From Bosea thiooxidans (GTDB taxonomy: Bacteria; Pseudomonadota; Gammaproteobacteria; Burkholderiales; Burkholderiaceae_C): a stretch of 64,000 bases of DNA. The notes under the pieces are model-generated. The model saw only the letters and a list, made by a program, of their open reading frames with translations. It searched no databases and was not told the DNA's origin. A program made the position numbers and the translations under genes. Positions 39,860-48,806 of the stretch are shown here, in pieces (the stretch's first letter is position 1; every line of letters begins with the position of its first letter). The stretch spans positions 21,080-85,079 of the forward strand of contig CALRSR020000006.1 of NCBI GenBank assembly GCA_943370825.1, read 5' to 3'.

Positions 39860-40597
39860 TTATCCGTTGAGGCTCAGCAGCTGGCTGGCGGTCTGGTCGT
39901 TCTTCTCGCCGTTCTGCAGCATGCGCATCTGCACCTCGAACTGGCGGGCCACGGCGATCATGCCGACCATGGCTTCAATGGGGTTCACGTTGGAGCCTTC
40001 CAGCGCCCCGTCCTGCAGACGGGCCACGTCGCTGGCCGGCAGCGGATCGCCGCCCGGTGCGCGGAACAGGCCGTCCTCGCTGCGCTTGATCGGGTTGTCG
40101 GCGTCGGGCGTGACCATCTTCAGGCGGCCCACCACCTGGCCCGGCTCGTTGCCCACGCGGGCGCTCACCGTGCCGTCGGAGGCGATGTCCACCCGCGCGT
40201 TGGCTGGAATGGTGATGGGGCCGCCGTCACCCAGCATGGGCAGACCGGCCGCACTCACCAGGGTGCCTTCGGGGTTGACCTCCAGCGCACCGGCGCGGGT
40301 GTAGGCCTCGGTGCCGTCCAGGGCCTGGATGGCAAAGTAGGCATTGCCGCGGGCCGCCACGTCCAGGTTGCGGCCGGTCTGGCTCACGCTGCCCGGCAGG
40401 TCGGAGTGGCCCGCCGTGGCCTCCACCGCGAACACCCGGGTGCTGGCACCGTCGCCGCGGATGGGCACGGCGCGGAAGGTGGACATCTCGGCCCGGAAGC
40501 CGGGCGTGGACACGTTGGCCAGGTTGTTGGCCAGCACCTGCTGCCGGTATTGGGCCGCGCTGGCGCCGGTCATGGCGGTGTAGATCATGCGGTCCAT
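39860..40597 (-). CDS. flgF: Flagellar proximal rod protein
   Basis: [36 protein letters not shown]. Confidence 0.96.
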   Translation of the reverse strand: MDRMIYTAMTGASAAQYRQQVLANNLANVSTPGFRAEMSTFRAVPIRGDGASTRVFAVEATAGHSDLPGSVSQTGRNLDVAARGNAYFAIQALDGTEAYTRAGALEVNPEGTLVSAAGLPMLGDGGPITIPANARVDIASDGTVSARVGNEPGQVVGRLKMVTPDADNPIKRSEDGLFRAPGGDPLPASDVARLQDGALEGSNVNPIEAMVGMIAVARQFEVQMRMLQNGEKNDQTASQLLSLNG

Positions 40598-40632
40598 GGG
40601 GACTCCTGCGGATCAGTGGTTCAGTGCGGGCT

Positions 40633-41847
40633 TCAGCGCATGTTGAGCAGGGTGGTGAGCACCTGGTCCTGCGTCTTGATGGTCTGGGCGTTGGCCTGGT
40701 AGGCGCGCTGGGCGGTCATCATGTTGACCAGCTCGGCGGTGATGTCGACGTTGGAATCCTCCAGTGCACCCGAACGCAGGGCACCGAAGTTGCCGGTGCC
40801 GGGCTCGCCGTGCAGCGCCTCGCCGGAGGCGAAGGTGGCCTGCCAGTTGCCGCCGCCGGTGGGCTGCAGGCCCTGGGCATTGCGGAAGTTCACCAGCGCC
40901 ACCTGGCCGGCGGCACGGGTCTGGCCGTTGGAGTACTGGCCGGTCACCACGCCGTTCTCGCCGATCTTCAGACCGATGAACTGACCCGGCTGGTAACCGT
41001 CCTGGGTGAGGTTGGTCACCGCAAAGCTGGTGCCGAACTGCGTGATCTGGCCCAGGTCCAGGTTGGCATTGAAAGTGCCGTTGGGCGAGGTCATGGCCAC
41101 GGTGGCCGGATCGGGTGTGACGGTGTTGAAGGTGCCGTCGGCGTTGAAGGTGACGTCGATGAATGGGCTGGTGGCTGCGTTCGGCGGGGTGCCGTCACCG
41201 CTGGTGTAGATGCGCCAGGCGTTGTTGCCGGTCTTGGTGAAGGCCATGGCCACCGGCACCTCGATGCCTTGGGCGTCATAGCCGATGAGGGAGGTGCCGT
41301 AGGTGGCCAGCGGCGGCGTGTCGGTGGCCGCGTTGTAGACCTGGGCACGTGCGTCGAGGTTGAACTCGGCGGTGATGCCGGCGGTCTGGCGGGCCGGGAT
41401 CGGGCCACCGGTGGGCAGGGTCAGCGGGCCGGTCTCGAAGCTCAGCCGGTTGCCGGCTTCGTCGGTGGGATAGCCCATGAGCTGGGCACCCATGTTGGTG
41501 ACGATGCCGCCTTCGCGGTCCAGCTTGAACTGGCCGGCGCGGCTGTAGGCCGAACTGCCGTTGGGCATGGTGAGCTCGAAGAAGCCCGAGCCGTTGATGG
41601 CCACGTCCAGATCGCTGCCGGTCACGGTGATGTTGCCCTGGGTGAACTGCTGGGTGACGGCGGTCAGTGCCACGCCGATGCCGGAGTTCACGCCACCGGC
41701 CGCATTGACCGAGCTGGCGTAGAGCTCGCCGAATTCGGCGCGCGAGGCCTTCATGCCCACCGTGTTGCCGTTGGCGATGTTGTGGCCGATGACGTCGAGG
41801 TTCTTGCTCGCGCTGTTCAGGCCGGAGAGTCCTTGCTGGAATGCCAT
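40633..41847 (-). CDS. flgE: Flagellar hook protein
   Basis: MAFQQGLSGL, GHNIANGNTVGMK, LEDSNVDITAELVNMM. Confidence 0.97.
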   Translation of the reverse strand: MAFQQGLSGLNSASKNLDVIGHNIANGNTVGMKASRAEFGELYASSVNAAGGVNSGIGVALTAVTQQFTQGNITVTGSDLDVAINGSGFFELTMPNGSSAYSRAGQFKLDREGGIVTNMGAQLMGYPTDEAGNRLSFETGPLTLPTGGPIPARQTAGITAEFNLDARAQVYNAATDTPPLATYGTSLIGYDAQGIEVPVAMAFTKTGNNAWRIYTSGDGTPPNAATSPFIDVTFNADGTFNTVTPDPATVAMTSPNGTFNANLDLGQITQFGTSFAVTNLTQDGYQPGQFIGLKIGENGVVTGQYSNGQTRAAGQVALVNFRNAQGLQPTGGGNWQATFASGEALHGEPGTGNFGALRSGALEDSNVDITAELVNMMTAQRAYQANAQTIKTQDQVLTTLLNMR

Positions 41848-41892
41848 GTTGCTGTCCTTTGCAGATGGGTCTGTGTGAGGTGTTTGGCGCGT

Positions 41893-42558
41893 TTACATGA
41901 AGCTGCTGACCTGGTCGTACGCCAGGCTGCGGCCGTCCTGCAGCTGCAGGCTCATGGCGCCGTTGGTCATGCCGGTGGCGGTCACGGTCAGGCGGCTGTA
42001 GCTGGTGGCATTGACCGGCTGGCCGCCGTTGGCGGCACGCACCTTGAAGCCGGCCACGCGGGTCGGGTCGATGCCGGTGCCGTCCCAGTTGAAGGAATGC
42101 TGGCCGGCGGTGAGGGCGCCGAAGTCCATGGTGTCGATCACGCCGCCGGCCTTGTCCAGCACGTCCACCTGCACCGTGGCAGCGGGCCCGTCGATGCGGA
42201 AGGCCGCCTTGCCCACATTGCCATCGAAGCCGAACTGGGTGCCGGCCACCAGGGCCTCGCGGCCGATCAGGCTGGTGCCCTGCAGCGACTGCATCAGGCC
42301 GAACTGGCTGGCCATGCCCTTGAGCGTCTCGTTGAGCTGCTGGATGCCGCTGACCGTGTTGATCTGCGTCATCTGCGTGGTCATCTGCGCGTTGTCCATG
42401 GGGTTCATGGGGTCCTGGTTGTTCAGCTGCGCGACCAGCAGCTTGAGGAACCGGTCCTGGGTGGCGTTGGCATCGGTCTGCGCCGTGGCCGCCTTGGCGG
42501 TGGAACTGCCGACGGCAGAACCGAGGTTGGTGAGGTCCAGGGGTTGGGCCAGCATCAT
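41893..42558 (-). CDS. flgD: Flagellar hook capping protein
   Basis: FLKLLVAQLNNQDPMNPMDN; AGGAG RBS before ATG at 42558. Confidence 0.95.
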   Translation of the reverse strand: MMLAQPLDLTNLGSAVGSSTAKAATAQTDANATQDRFLKLLVAQLNNQDPMNPMDNAQMTTQMTQINTVSGIQQLNETLKGMASQFGLMQSLQGTSLIGREALVAGTQFGFDGNVGKAAFRIDGPAATVQVDVLDKAGGVIDTMDFGALTAGQHSFNWDGTGIDPTRVAGFKVRAANGGQPVNATSYSRLTVTATGMTNGAMSLQLQDGRSLAYDQVSSFM

Positions 42559-42569
42559 GGTGTTTCTCC

Positions 42570-42974
42570 TCAACTGCCCATCTGCAGCGTCTTGAGCAGC
42601 AGGGACTTGGCGGTGTTCATCACCTCGACGTTGTTCTGGTACGAACGCGAGGCCGAAATCATGTTGACCATCTCCTCCACCGGGTTCACGTTGGAGTGGG
42701 TCACGTAGCCCTCGGCATCCGCACTGGGATGGGTGGGGTTGTGCTCACGGCGGCCCGGAGCCTCGTTCTCGGTGATGTCGCGCACCTTCACGCCCGCATG
42801 GGCCTTGTTGCCCATGTCGACCGACTGGAACACCACCTGGCGCGCCTTGTAGGCCTTGCCGTCGGGGCCGGCCACCGCATCGGCGTTGGCCAGGTTGCTG
42901 GCCACCACGTTGAGCCGCTGGGCCTGCGAGCTGATGGCACTGCCCGAAACATTGAAGATGCCGAACATGGACAT
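42570..42974 (-). CDS. flgC: Flagellar basal-body rod protein
   Basis: RLNVVASNLANAD, SNVNPVEEMVNMISASRSYQNN. Confidence 0.97.
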   Translation of the reverse strand: MSMFGIFNVSGSAISSQAQRLNVVASNLANADAVAGPDGKAYKARQVVFQSVDMGNKAHAGVKVRDITENEAPGRREHNPTHPSADAEGYVTHSNVNPVEEMVNMISASRSYQNNVEVMNTAKSLLLKTLQMGS

Positions 42975-42985
42975 GGCGGGCCTCC

Positions 42986-43387
42986 TTACTGGCCGGTGAT
43001 GGCGCTGAGCATGGTCTTCACATGCCCGTTGATGAAGCGCAGCGTGGACTCGTAGCGGATGCTGTTGTCCACAAAGGCAGCGCGCTCGCGGTCCAGGTCC
43101 ACCGTGTTGCCGTCCTGGCTGGGCTGGGTCTGCACCGAATAACCCATCTTCGGATCGCGCGGGTCGGCGGTGCCGCTGCGGATGTGGCGCGCGTCGGTCA
43201 GGGCCACGTCGCCACGGGCGGGCGCACCCGACACATTGCGCAGTGCCTGGGCGAAGTCGAAATCGCGCGCCACATAGCCGGGGGTGTCGGCGTTGGCAAT
43301 GTTGCTGGCCAGCACCTGCTGGCGCTGCGAGCGCAGGACCAGCGCATTCGCATGGAAGTCCAGGCGGGCGGTCATCTGTTCAAGCAT
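42986..43387 (-). CDS. flgB: Flagellar basal-body rod protein
   Basis: LASNIANADTPGYVARD, DGNTVDLDRE; ATG at 43387. Confidence 0.96.
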   Translation of the reverse strand: MLEQMTARLDFHANALVLRSQRQQVLASNIANADTPGYVARDFDFAQALRNVSGAPARGDVALTDARHIRSGTADPRDPKMGYSVQTQPSQDGNTVDLDRERAAFVDNSIRYESTLRFINGHVKTMLSAITGQ

Positions 43388-43449
43388 GGTCACCTCGAAA
43401 CGGTGGGAGTCGGGCCCGCCCGGCACACGCACGGACGGGGGTTCGAGGT

Positions 43450-43495
43450 GATTGTGGGAATTCTTGAGGGTGACCGATCCCCCGAACAAAGGGGG
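43450..43495 (-). promoter_or_regulatory. Putative class II flagellar promoter of flgB (motif shared with flhA upstream)
   Basis: GATTGTG..CTTGAGGGT..CGATC..AGGGGG on the + strand, colinear with 53911-53956; -10 CACAAT on the minus strand. Confidence 0.55.
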
Positions 43496-43526
43496 TGTTG
43501 CCCCCCTGTTTCTTCCCTTCAGCGGC

Positions 43527-44384
43527 TCAGAGCCGGACCTGGGCTGCCAGACGGGCCAGGTCCGCCCGGGCCAGGTCGTCGGTGTCGGGGCAGCGCTGGA
43601 CGATGGCCCCCAGGTCGCGCATCAGGTCGGTCACCGCATGGCGCAGCGCCAGGGCCTCGGCGGAGCCGCCCAGCCAGCCCTGGGACTGGAAGACCTGGTG
43701 GCCGGTCAGCGCGACCAGCACCCGCAGCAGCAGCGTCACATCGTCGGAGCTGCGGGGGTCGGCCGTGGGGCGCAGCAGGGTTTCGTGCACCTGCTGCAGC
43801 CAGGCCGCCATGGGCGCCGGCGCCGGTGCACACAGCCGCTCTTCCAGCAGGATGGCCTGCACCGACAGCACCTCCTGCCATTCGCGCGGGGAAGGCACGC
43901 GCACCGGATGGGTCAGCCGGTGCACCGTGGTCCGCACCTGCGCATGCACCCGGGACAGACCCATCGCGGCCAGCCGGCCCGGGTCTTCGGTCAGGAAGAA
44001 CGACAGCTGGACAGGTGGGCGACCCTCCAGATGCGCGGCCCAGGTGCGGGTCACATCCGGCGGCAGGGGTTGCTGCACATCGTCGCCCTGGTCGTCCAGC
44101 AGGGCGCCCAGCCCGTTCTGGTAGAGGCGGGCCGCAGTCGCCCAGTGCGGGTCGGAGCCGGGGGCGTCGAGTCCGCTCTGCGGCAACACCGGCAGCACAT
44201 GGCGCGACCGGGTCATGCTGCTGAAGAAGCCCCGGGAGCGGGGACTCGGCGGCTGCAGCGGCTGGAGCGCACGGGACTTTCGCTGCGGGCCGGCACCCGA
44301 ACGGGGGCTGGTCGGCGGGGACGATGCGTCGCTGGCGATGGTGATGACGGGTGGCAGGGATGGAACGGAACAACGGGGAGACAC
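43527..44384 (-). CDS. Orphan hypothetical protein, Ser/Pro-rich N-terminus
   Basis: 285-aa ORF filling the flgB-flgA gap; plausible helical C-terminal half; GTG start uncertain. Confidence 0.6.
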   Translation of the reverse strand: MSPRCSVPSLPPVITIASDASSPPTSPRSGAGPQRKSRALQPLQPPSPRSRGFFSSMTRSRHVLPVLPQSGLDAPGSDPHWATAARLYQNGLGALLDDQGDDVQQPLPPDVTRTWAAHLEGRPPVQLSFFLTEDPGRLAAMGLSRVHAQVRTTVHRLTHPVRVPSPREWQEVLSVQAILLEERLCAPAPAPMAAWLQQVHETLLRPTADPRSSDDVTLLLRVLVALTGHQVFQSQGWLGGSAEALALRHAVTDLMRDLGAIVQRCPDTDDLARADLARLAAQVRL

Positions 44385-44527
44385 GGTGCAGCGGGGGGAT
44401 TGGGTGGATGAAGTGGACGGAACATGCCCGGATCGGACACCCCAGCTTGGTCACCGGACGCGCCATCCGGTCCTGATCAATCCATCAACAATCCAGTACG
44501 CACGGCACGAACAGCGCACCAGACAGG

Positions 44528-45235
44528 TCAGGAGGGTTGAGCACTCAGGCTGCGGCAGCGTGCCGACAGCCGTTCCCGGGTGGCGTCATCCAGATCGGCA
44601 CCCTGGATCAGCTTGAGCAGGCGCGGCAGGATGCGCGAACCGGTTCCGACCAGGATCCAGTTCAGGTAATGCCCGTTGTAGTCGTGGAACGAGAAGGTCT
44701 GCGCCAGGAGGCGCTGCAGCGCCTGCACCTGATCCAGCAGCGCCGTCAGGCCCCCCTCGGTGGCGGGCCGGTGCAAGCGCAGGAACCCCTCGGTCCGGTG
44801 CACTTGGGCCTCCATGTCCGGCAGGGTGGCCGGCATTTCCGAGCGGATCCATTCGGTCTGCAGACGGATGTGTCGCTCGTGATGAACGAAACACGCCTTT
44901 CTGCAAGGCGACAGCAGGTGATTGAGGACCTTCGAAAACCCGGCCTCGCCACCGCAGCGCTCCCGAATCTCGGCCCACACCGCCGAGGTGGGCCGATCCT
45001 GCCTGTCCAGGGCATCGAGCCATCGGATCACCTGCCGGTCCCACAGCAACGCGGTTGGATCCTCGCTCACGGGTGGATCCACCGACGGGACCACCGGGTG
45101 GGGTTCAAGCCCGCTCGCCGGGGCAGGAGCGACCGCAGTCCCGGGCTCGGGCCGGGCCGCAGGCTGGGGTGGAACTGGCGTGGCCTTGAACCCAAGACCC
45201 CGGCGGTGCTGGATGTCGCTTGATGTGCGCTTCAT
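44528..45235 (-). CDS. Orphan hypothetical protein, N-terminus MKRTSS, Pro-rich linker
   Basis: ORF fills the gap; ATG at 45235 gives the same start pattern as the LRR-like orphans. Confidence 0.6.
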   Translation of the reverse strand: MKRTSSDIQHRRGLGFKATPVPPQPAARPEPGTAVAPAPASGLEPHPVVPSVDPPVSEDPTALLWDRQVIRWLDALDRQDRPTSAVWAEIRERCGGEAGFSKVLNHLLSPCRKACFVHHERHIRLQTEWIRSEMPATLPDMEAQVHRTEGFLRLHRPATEGGLTALLDQVQALQRLLAQTFSFHDYNGHYLNWILVGTGSRILPRLLKLIQGADLDDATRERLSARCRSLSAQPS

Positions 45236-45348
45236 GCCGATAGGTAACACCACAGCGGCCAATGTGGCAGAGACAGAAGCAGAACCGGCCGGTGATGGCG
45301 CCGCTTTTCCGGCCTTTGGCCTGCTGCGCGCCCACCTACAGTGGTGGC

Positions 45349-46104
45349 ATGAAAACCGGTCTGCCCTTCACCCACTTCCCTCACGCACGGGCCATGGTGC
45401 TCGCCATCGCGCTGGCCCCCGCCACGGCGGCCCTGGCCCAGTCGAACCCGGCGGCGCCCGGTCCCCACAGCGGGCTGGAGCAGATGGCCAAGGATTTCCT
45501 GCAACCCGCGCTGGGCCAGTCGGTGGGCGGCGAAGCCGGCGTGTCGCTGCGGCCGGAGATCGTCATGGGCCAGCTCGACAGCCGGCTGCGCCTGGCCCCC
45601 TGCGGTGCCATCGAACCCTACCTGCCGCCCGGCACCCGCCTGTGGGGCCGCAGCAAGGTGGGCCTGCGCTGTGTGGATGGCGTGAGCCGCTGGAACGTGT
45701 TCGTGCCGGTCACGGTGAAAGCCTGGGGACCGGCCTGGGTGGTCAAGGCCAACGTGCCGGCCGGCGAAACGCTGAATGCCGACCATGCCGAGCAGGCCGA
45801 GGTGGACTGGGCCGCCCACCCCTCCCCGGTGCTGGCCATGAGCCAGCGCTGGATCGGCCACCAGACCGCCTACCCGCTGCAGGCCGGTCAGCCGCTGCGC
45901 GAGAACATGGTGCGGGCGCCCCAGGCCTTCGAAGCCGGCGCCCAGGTCAAGGTGAGCAGCGGCGGGGCCGGCTTCTCCATCTCGGTCATCGGCCAGGCCG
46001 TGGCCGCCGCCCGGATCGGCGAGCCCGCCCGGGTGCGGCTGCCCAACGGCCGCGTGGTCACCGGCACCGTGCGGCCGGACCAGACGGTCAGCATCGACCT
46101 GTAA
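45349..46104 (+). CDS. flgA: Flagellar P-ring assembly chaperone
   Basis: LDSRLRLAPC, LWGRSKVGLRC, SAF domain, GEPARVRLPNGRVVTG. Confidence 0.93.
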   Translation: MKTGLPFTHFPHARAMVLAIALAPATAALAQSNPAAPGPHSGLEQMAKDFLQPALGQSVGGEAGVSLRPEIVMGQLDSRLRLAPCGAIEPYLPPGTRLWGRSKVGLRCVDGVSRWNVFVPVTVKAWGPAWVVKANVPAGETLNADHAEQAEVDWAAHPSPVLAMSQRWIGHQTAYPLQAGQPLRENMVRAPQAFEAGAQVKVSSGGAGFSISVIGQAVAAARIGEPARVRLPNGRVVTGTVRPDQTVSIDL

Positions 46105-46122
46105 GGCTCAGGGCCCGGCCCG

Positions 46123-47112
46123 TCAGACGGGGGTACCGCTCCAGGCCTCGTAGTTCCTGCGATTGGTCAGCGCCACAGCCCGCAAGTGGTCATGGAGCGG
46201 CACCGATCCTGCCTGAAGGTGTGAAGCAATCACGCTTGAAACATCAGGAAGAAGCCGTTCTGAGCCACCCAGGTCCATACCTCGCCGGATCAACCGCTGG
46301 GCCGATGCCGCCGCCTGGAACCTGGTCCCGAAATCAGCGTTCGGCACCCTCGCCGGCATCTGTGCCGCAATCACAGCCCGGTTGATGTCCGAAACCCGAA
46401 CGGGGTTGGTCTGCAGCGCCCACAAATCGTCATGCATGCCTGCCCAGACGCGGAACCGGTCGGCCATGTCATCCGGATCACCCACGCCCTTTTCAACACA
46501 CCGCGCGTAGATCGAAGAGATCAGCGACAGCGCCTTGGCGCTGTACAGCAACTCCAACGGGCCGGCTGCATCGGGGAAAGCCGTCAGGAAGTTGTGCACC
46601 ACAGTGAGCAGACCGTCGGCCATGCGGGCCGCCTGGTGCAGATCACTGCGGTGATCGCACAGGAGGGCCGACTCGAACTCGACCTTGATGTGCTGCAATG
46701 ACAGCATCAGACCACGCACGCTGGGAGCGACAGAGTAGTACTCCGGGGTGAGGTTGCGCTGGTCATCAATGACGACCATGCCCAAGCGGTCCGCCAGCGG
46801 ATTCAGCAACCGGGCCACTGCAAGCAAGGTTGTCGGGCATTCCAGATCACCCTTGGCCATGATTTGTTGCAGGCTGTCGGATGCAACCAAGAAATCCTGT
46901 CGTTCCATGCTGTTGAGGCATCCACCCCTCACCTGCCGCTCGTAGATGGGCTTTCCGGTGTTCTTCGGACGCCGGACGACATGGCTGCGCAGGTCGTTTT
47001 CCACCCGGGCATTCCCAGGCTGCTGGGTGTTCCGGTGGGGGGTGATGGCAACGGAGCGCCTGACCTTCTGGCGGTCAGCAGGGGGGGAACGGTGAACGGT
47101 ACTGGGGCCCAT
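46123..47112 (-). CDS. Orphan hypothetical protein with atypical codon usage
   Basis: 329-aa ORF (alternative ATG 46908) between flgA and flgM; visibly more A/T in third positions than the flg genes. Confidence 0.55.
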   Translation of the reverse strand: MGPSTVHRSPPADRQKVRRSVAITPHRNTQQPGNARVENDLRSHVVRRPKNTGKPIYERQVRGGCLNSMERQDFLVASDSLQQIMAKGDLECPTTLLAVARLLNPLADRLGMVVIDDQRNLTPEYYSVAPSVRGLMLSLQHIKVEFESALLCDHRSDLHQAARMADGLLTVVHNFLTAFPDAAGPLELLYSAKALSLISSIYARCVEKGVGDPDDMADRFRVWAGMHDDLWALQTNPVRVSDINRAVIAAQMPARVPNADFGTRFQAAASAQRLIRRGMDLGGSERLLPDVSSVIASHLQAGSVPLHDHLRAVALTNRRNYEAWSGTPV

Positions 47113-47309
47113 GGGGACATTCCTTTGAAGTTTTGGTCACATCCAATGTCAAATGACATTGACAACAGCCCTTAGTAATCCAGTCTTCCCGTTTTCTCCG
47201 CGCAAAGCGGCGAGCCGACCATCGGTCCATCTGGCGGTCGATCTGGCCTGTGTTCACCCTCCTTTTCCGGGTTTTGCACCGGCAGCAGTGGCCCTACATT
47301 CGCATCCCA

Positions 47310-47345
47310 GGGCGTCAGACGCCGCCGACCCGGCGTCTGACGCCC
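47310..47345. repeat. Perfect 15-bp inverted repeat
   Basis: GGGCGTCAGACGCCG-ccgacc-CGGCGTCTGACGCCC. Confidence 0.9.
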
Positions 47346-47376
47346 ATCTGCCCCCAAAAAACTTTTCCCCAAGGCC

Positions 47377-47403
47377 TCAAGTTCCCGCCCGGACCGACGA
47401 TAG
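47377..47403 (+). promoter_or_regulatory. Sigma28 (FliA) promoter of flgM
   Basis: TCAAGTTC-N11-GACGATAG versus the consensus TAAAGTTT-N11-GCCGATAA. Confidence 0.8.
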
Positions 47404-47444
47404 TTCCTGCACAGAGCCCCCGAACAGGGGGTGTGGAGCGTGAC

Positions 47445-47780
47445 ATGAAGATCGAATCAACCCCGGATTCCTACATCGGCTCGGTGGCCGGTGGCCCCAA
47501 CAAGGCCACCCCCACCACGGCCGGCGAAGCCGCTGCGGCCGGTGCAGCGTCGTCTGCTGCCGCCGCCAAGCCGCAGGCCGGCGTGCAGGTGACGCTGTCC
47601 AGCGCCACCCAGTCGCTCTCGGCCACCGGCTCGGGCAGCAGCGACGTGTTCAACGCCGAGAAGGTCGAAGCCATGAAAGCGGCCATTGCCAATGGCACCT
47701 TCCAGGTGAACGCCGAGGCCATCGCCGACAAGATGCTGGCCAACGCGGCCGAAATGCTCAACGGCGCACGCGGCGCCTGA
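47445..47780 (+). CDS. flgM: Anti-sigma28 factor
   Basis: VTLSS...DVFNAEKVEAMKAAIANGTFQVNAEAIADKML. Confidence 0.93.
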   Translation: MKIESTPDSYIGSVAGGPNKATPTTAGEAAAAGAASSAAAAKPQAGVQVTLSSATQSLSATGSGSSDVFNAEKVEAMKAAIANGTFQVNAEAIADKMLANAAEMLNGARGA

Positions 47781-47797
47781 TCACAGGAGTGATGTCC

Positions 47798-48157
47798 ATG
47801 CCCACGGTTGCCCTCTCCCACCCCTGGATCCTGCAACTGCAGGGCGCGCTGGACGCACTCGAGAAATCCCTGCTGGCCAGCGACGCCACCGCCGTGGAAG
47901 CCGCCAGCGCCCAGGTGCAGGCCATTCTGAACCACGCCCCCCGCACCGCCGAATTCCAGGCCGAAGGCAGCACCCTGGCCAAGGACCTGCCCGCCGCCGC
48001 CCAGCGCTTTGCCATGCTGCGCCAGGCCGTGCTGCGCGCCCAGGCCCAGAGCCAGCGCGCCCTGGGCAGCCTGATCCCCGAGGCCGTGTCCACCCCGGTC
48101 TACGGCCGCACCGGCCAGGGCAGCGTGAGCTCCCGCCGGGGTTACCTCAGCGCCTGA
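47798..48157 (+). CDS. flgN: FlgN-like flagellar chaperone
   Basis: Helical protein directly after flgM ending in PVYGRTG; AGGAG RBS. Confidence 0.6.
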   Translation: MPTVALSHPWILQLQGALDALEKSLLASDATAVEAASAQVQAILNHAPRTAEFQAEGSTLAKDLPAAAQRFAMLRQAVLRAQAQSQRALGSLIPEAVSTPVYGRTGQGSVSSRRGYLSA

Positions 48158-48165
48158 CAGGCGCG

Positions 48166-48195
48166 TGGACAGCGCCCGGCCGATCCCGGGATAAT
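48166..48195 (+). promoter_or_regulatory. Sigma70-like promoter of the C4-like module
   Basis: TGGACA-N18-GATAAT. Confidence 0.5.
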
Positions 48196-48366
48196 CGCGC
48201 CGGGCCGCAAGGCTCGGTGCTTCAAAACACCCCCCCAGAAGAACAGCGGTGCTACCTCCCCGTCAGAGAGGTTGATCGCGTCCAGACTCTGTGAGCTTCC
48301 CCTGCGGGAGGCTTGAGGGTGCGCCACGACGGCGCATCCGAGCCCGTTGTGCGGGCCACCAGGTTA

Positions 48367-48435
48367 TGGGCGGGATGGGCTTCTCCGCAAGGATGGCCGC
48401 ACGGACTGTTCTCCGTGTTTTGAACATCCCGCCCA
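48367..48435 (+). ncRNA. C4/CI-like phage antisense RNA
   Basis: Closing stem TGGGCGGGATG/CATCCCGCCCA, GCAA-loop hairpin, CACGGA-ctgttc-TCCGTG hairpin, single-stranded GTTTTGAA; complementary targets on both sides. Confidence 0.75.
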
Positions 48436-48492
48436 CCCACTCCGCTTCAAAACGGAACGGGTGGCTTCTCGTCTCGAACAGGAGCCCGAACC

Positions 48493-48588
48493 ATGTCCAA
48501 GGTCACCCACCGCGCCGGCTGCTGCGCCGCTGCGCTCGCACCCACTCACCACCCGTCCCTGCCCCTGCCTTGCAGGAGGCCCGCATGA
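48493..48588 (+). CDS. 31-aa leader ORF in the icd/kil-like position
   Basis: AGGAG RBS inside the antisense target; MSKVTHRAGCC...; stop overlaps the next ATG (ATGA). Confidence 0.45.
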   Translation: MSKVTHRAGCCAAALAPTHHPSLPLPCRRPA

Positions 48589-48800
48589 CCGATGACCAAA
48601 GAAAGGCCTGCCTGGAAGCGGCCTGGGAGATCGAGGCGCTGGCCCTGCTGCTGCCCGAAGTGAAGCTGAGCGAAGAACCCCTGGCCGCGCTGCAGCTGCG
48701 GGGCCTGGCGGCGCGGATGGTCCAGTTGTCGGGGGTGGTGATGGCCGGCCTGCAGAGCGAGGCTGCAGGGCCTGGCGACGCTGTGACCGCGTCGCCGTAA
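48585..48800 (+). CDS. 71-aa hypothetical protein, probably phage-derived
   Basis: AGGAGG RBS; MTDDQRKACLEAAWEIEALALLL...; high-GC codon usage. Confidence 0.65.
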   Translation: MTDDQRKACLEAAWEIEALALLLPEVKLSEEPLAALQLRGLAARMVQLSGVVMAGLQSEAAGPGDAVTASP

Positions 48801-48806
48801 AGAATT

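Noticed and set aside
48291-48800. 169-aa ORF reading through the C4-like RNA (Ash-like call)
   Set aside because: No RBS at its GTG. Its apparent conservation is explained by RNA structure, and strong RBSs support the starts at 48493 and 48585. Not fully excluded.
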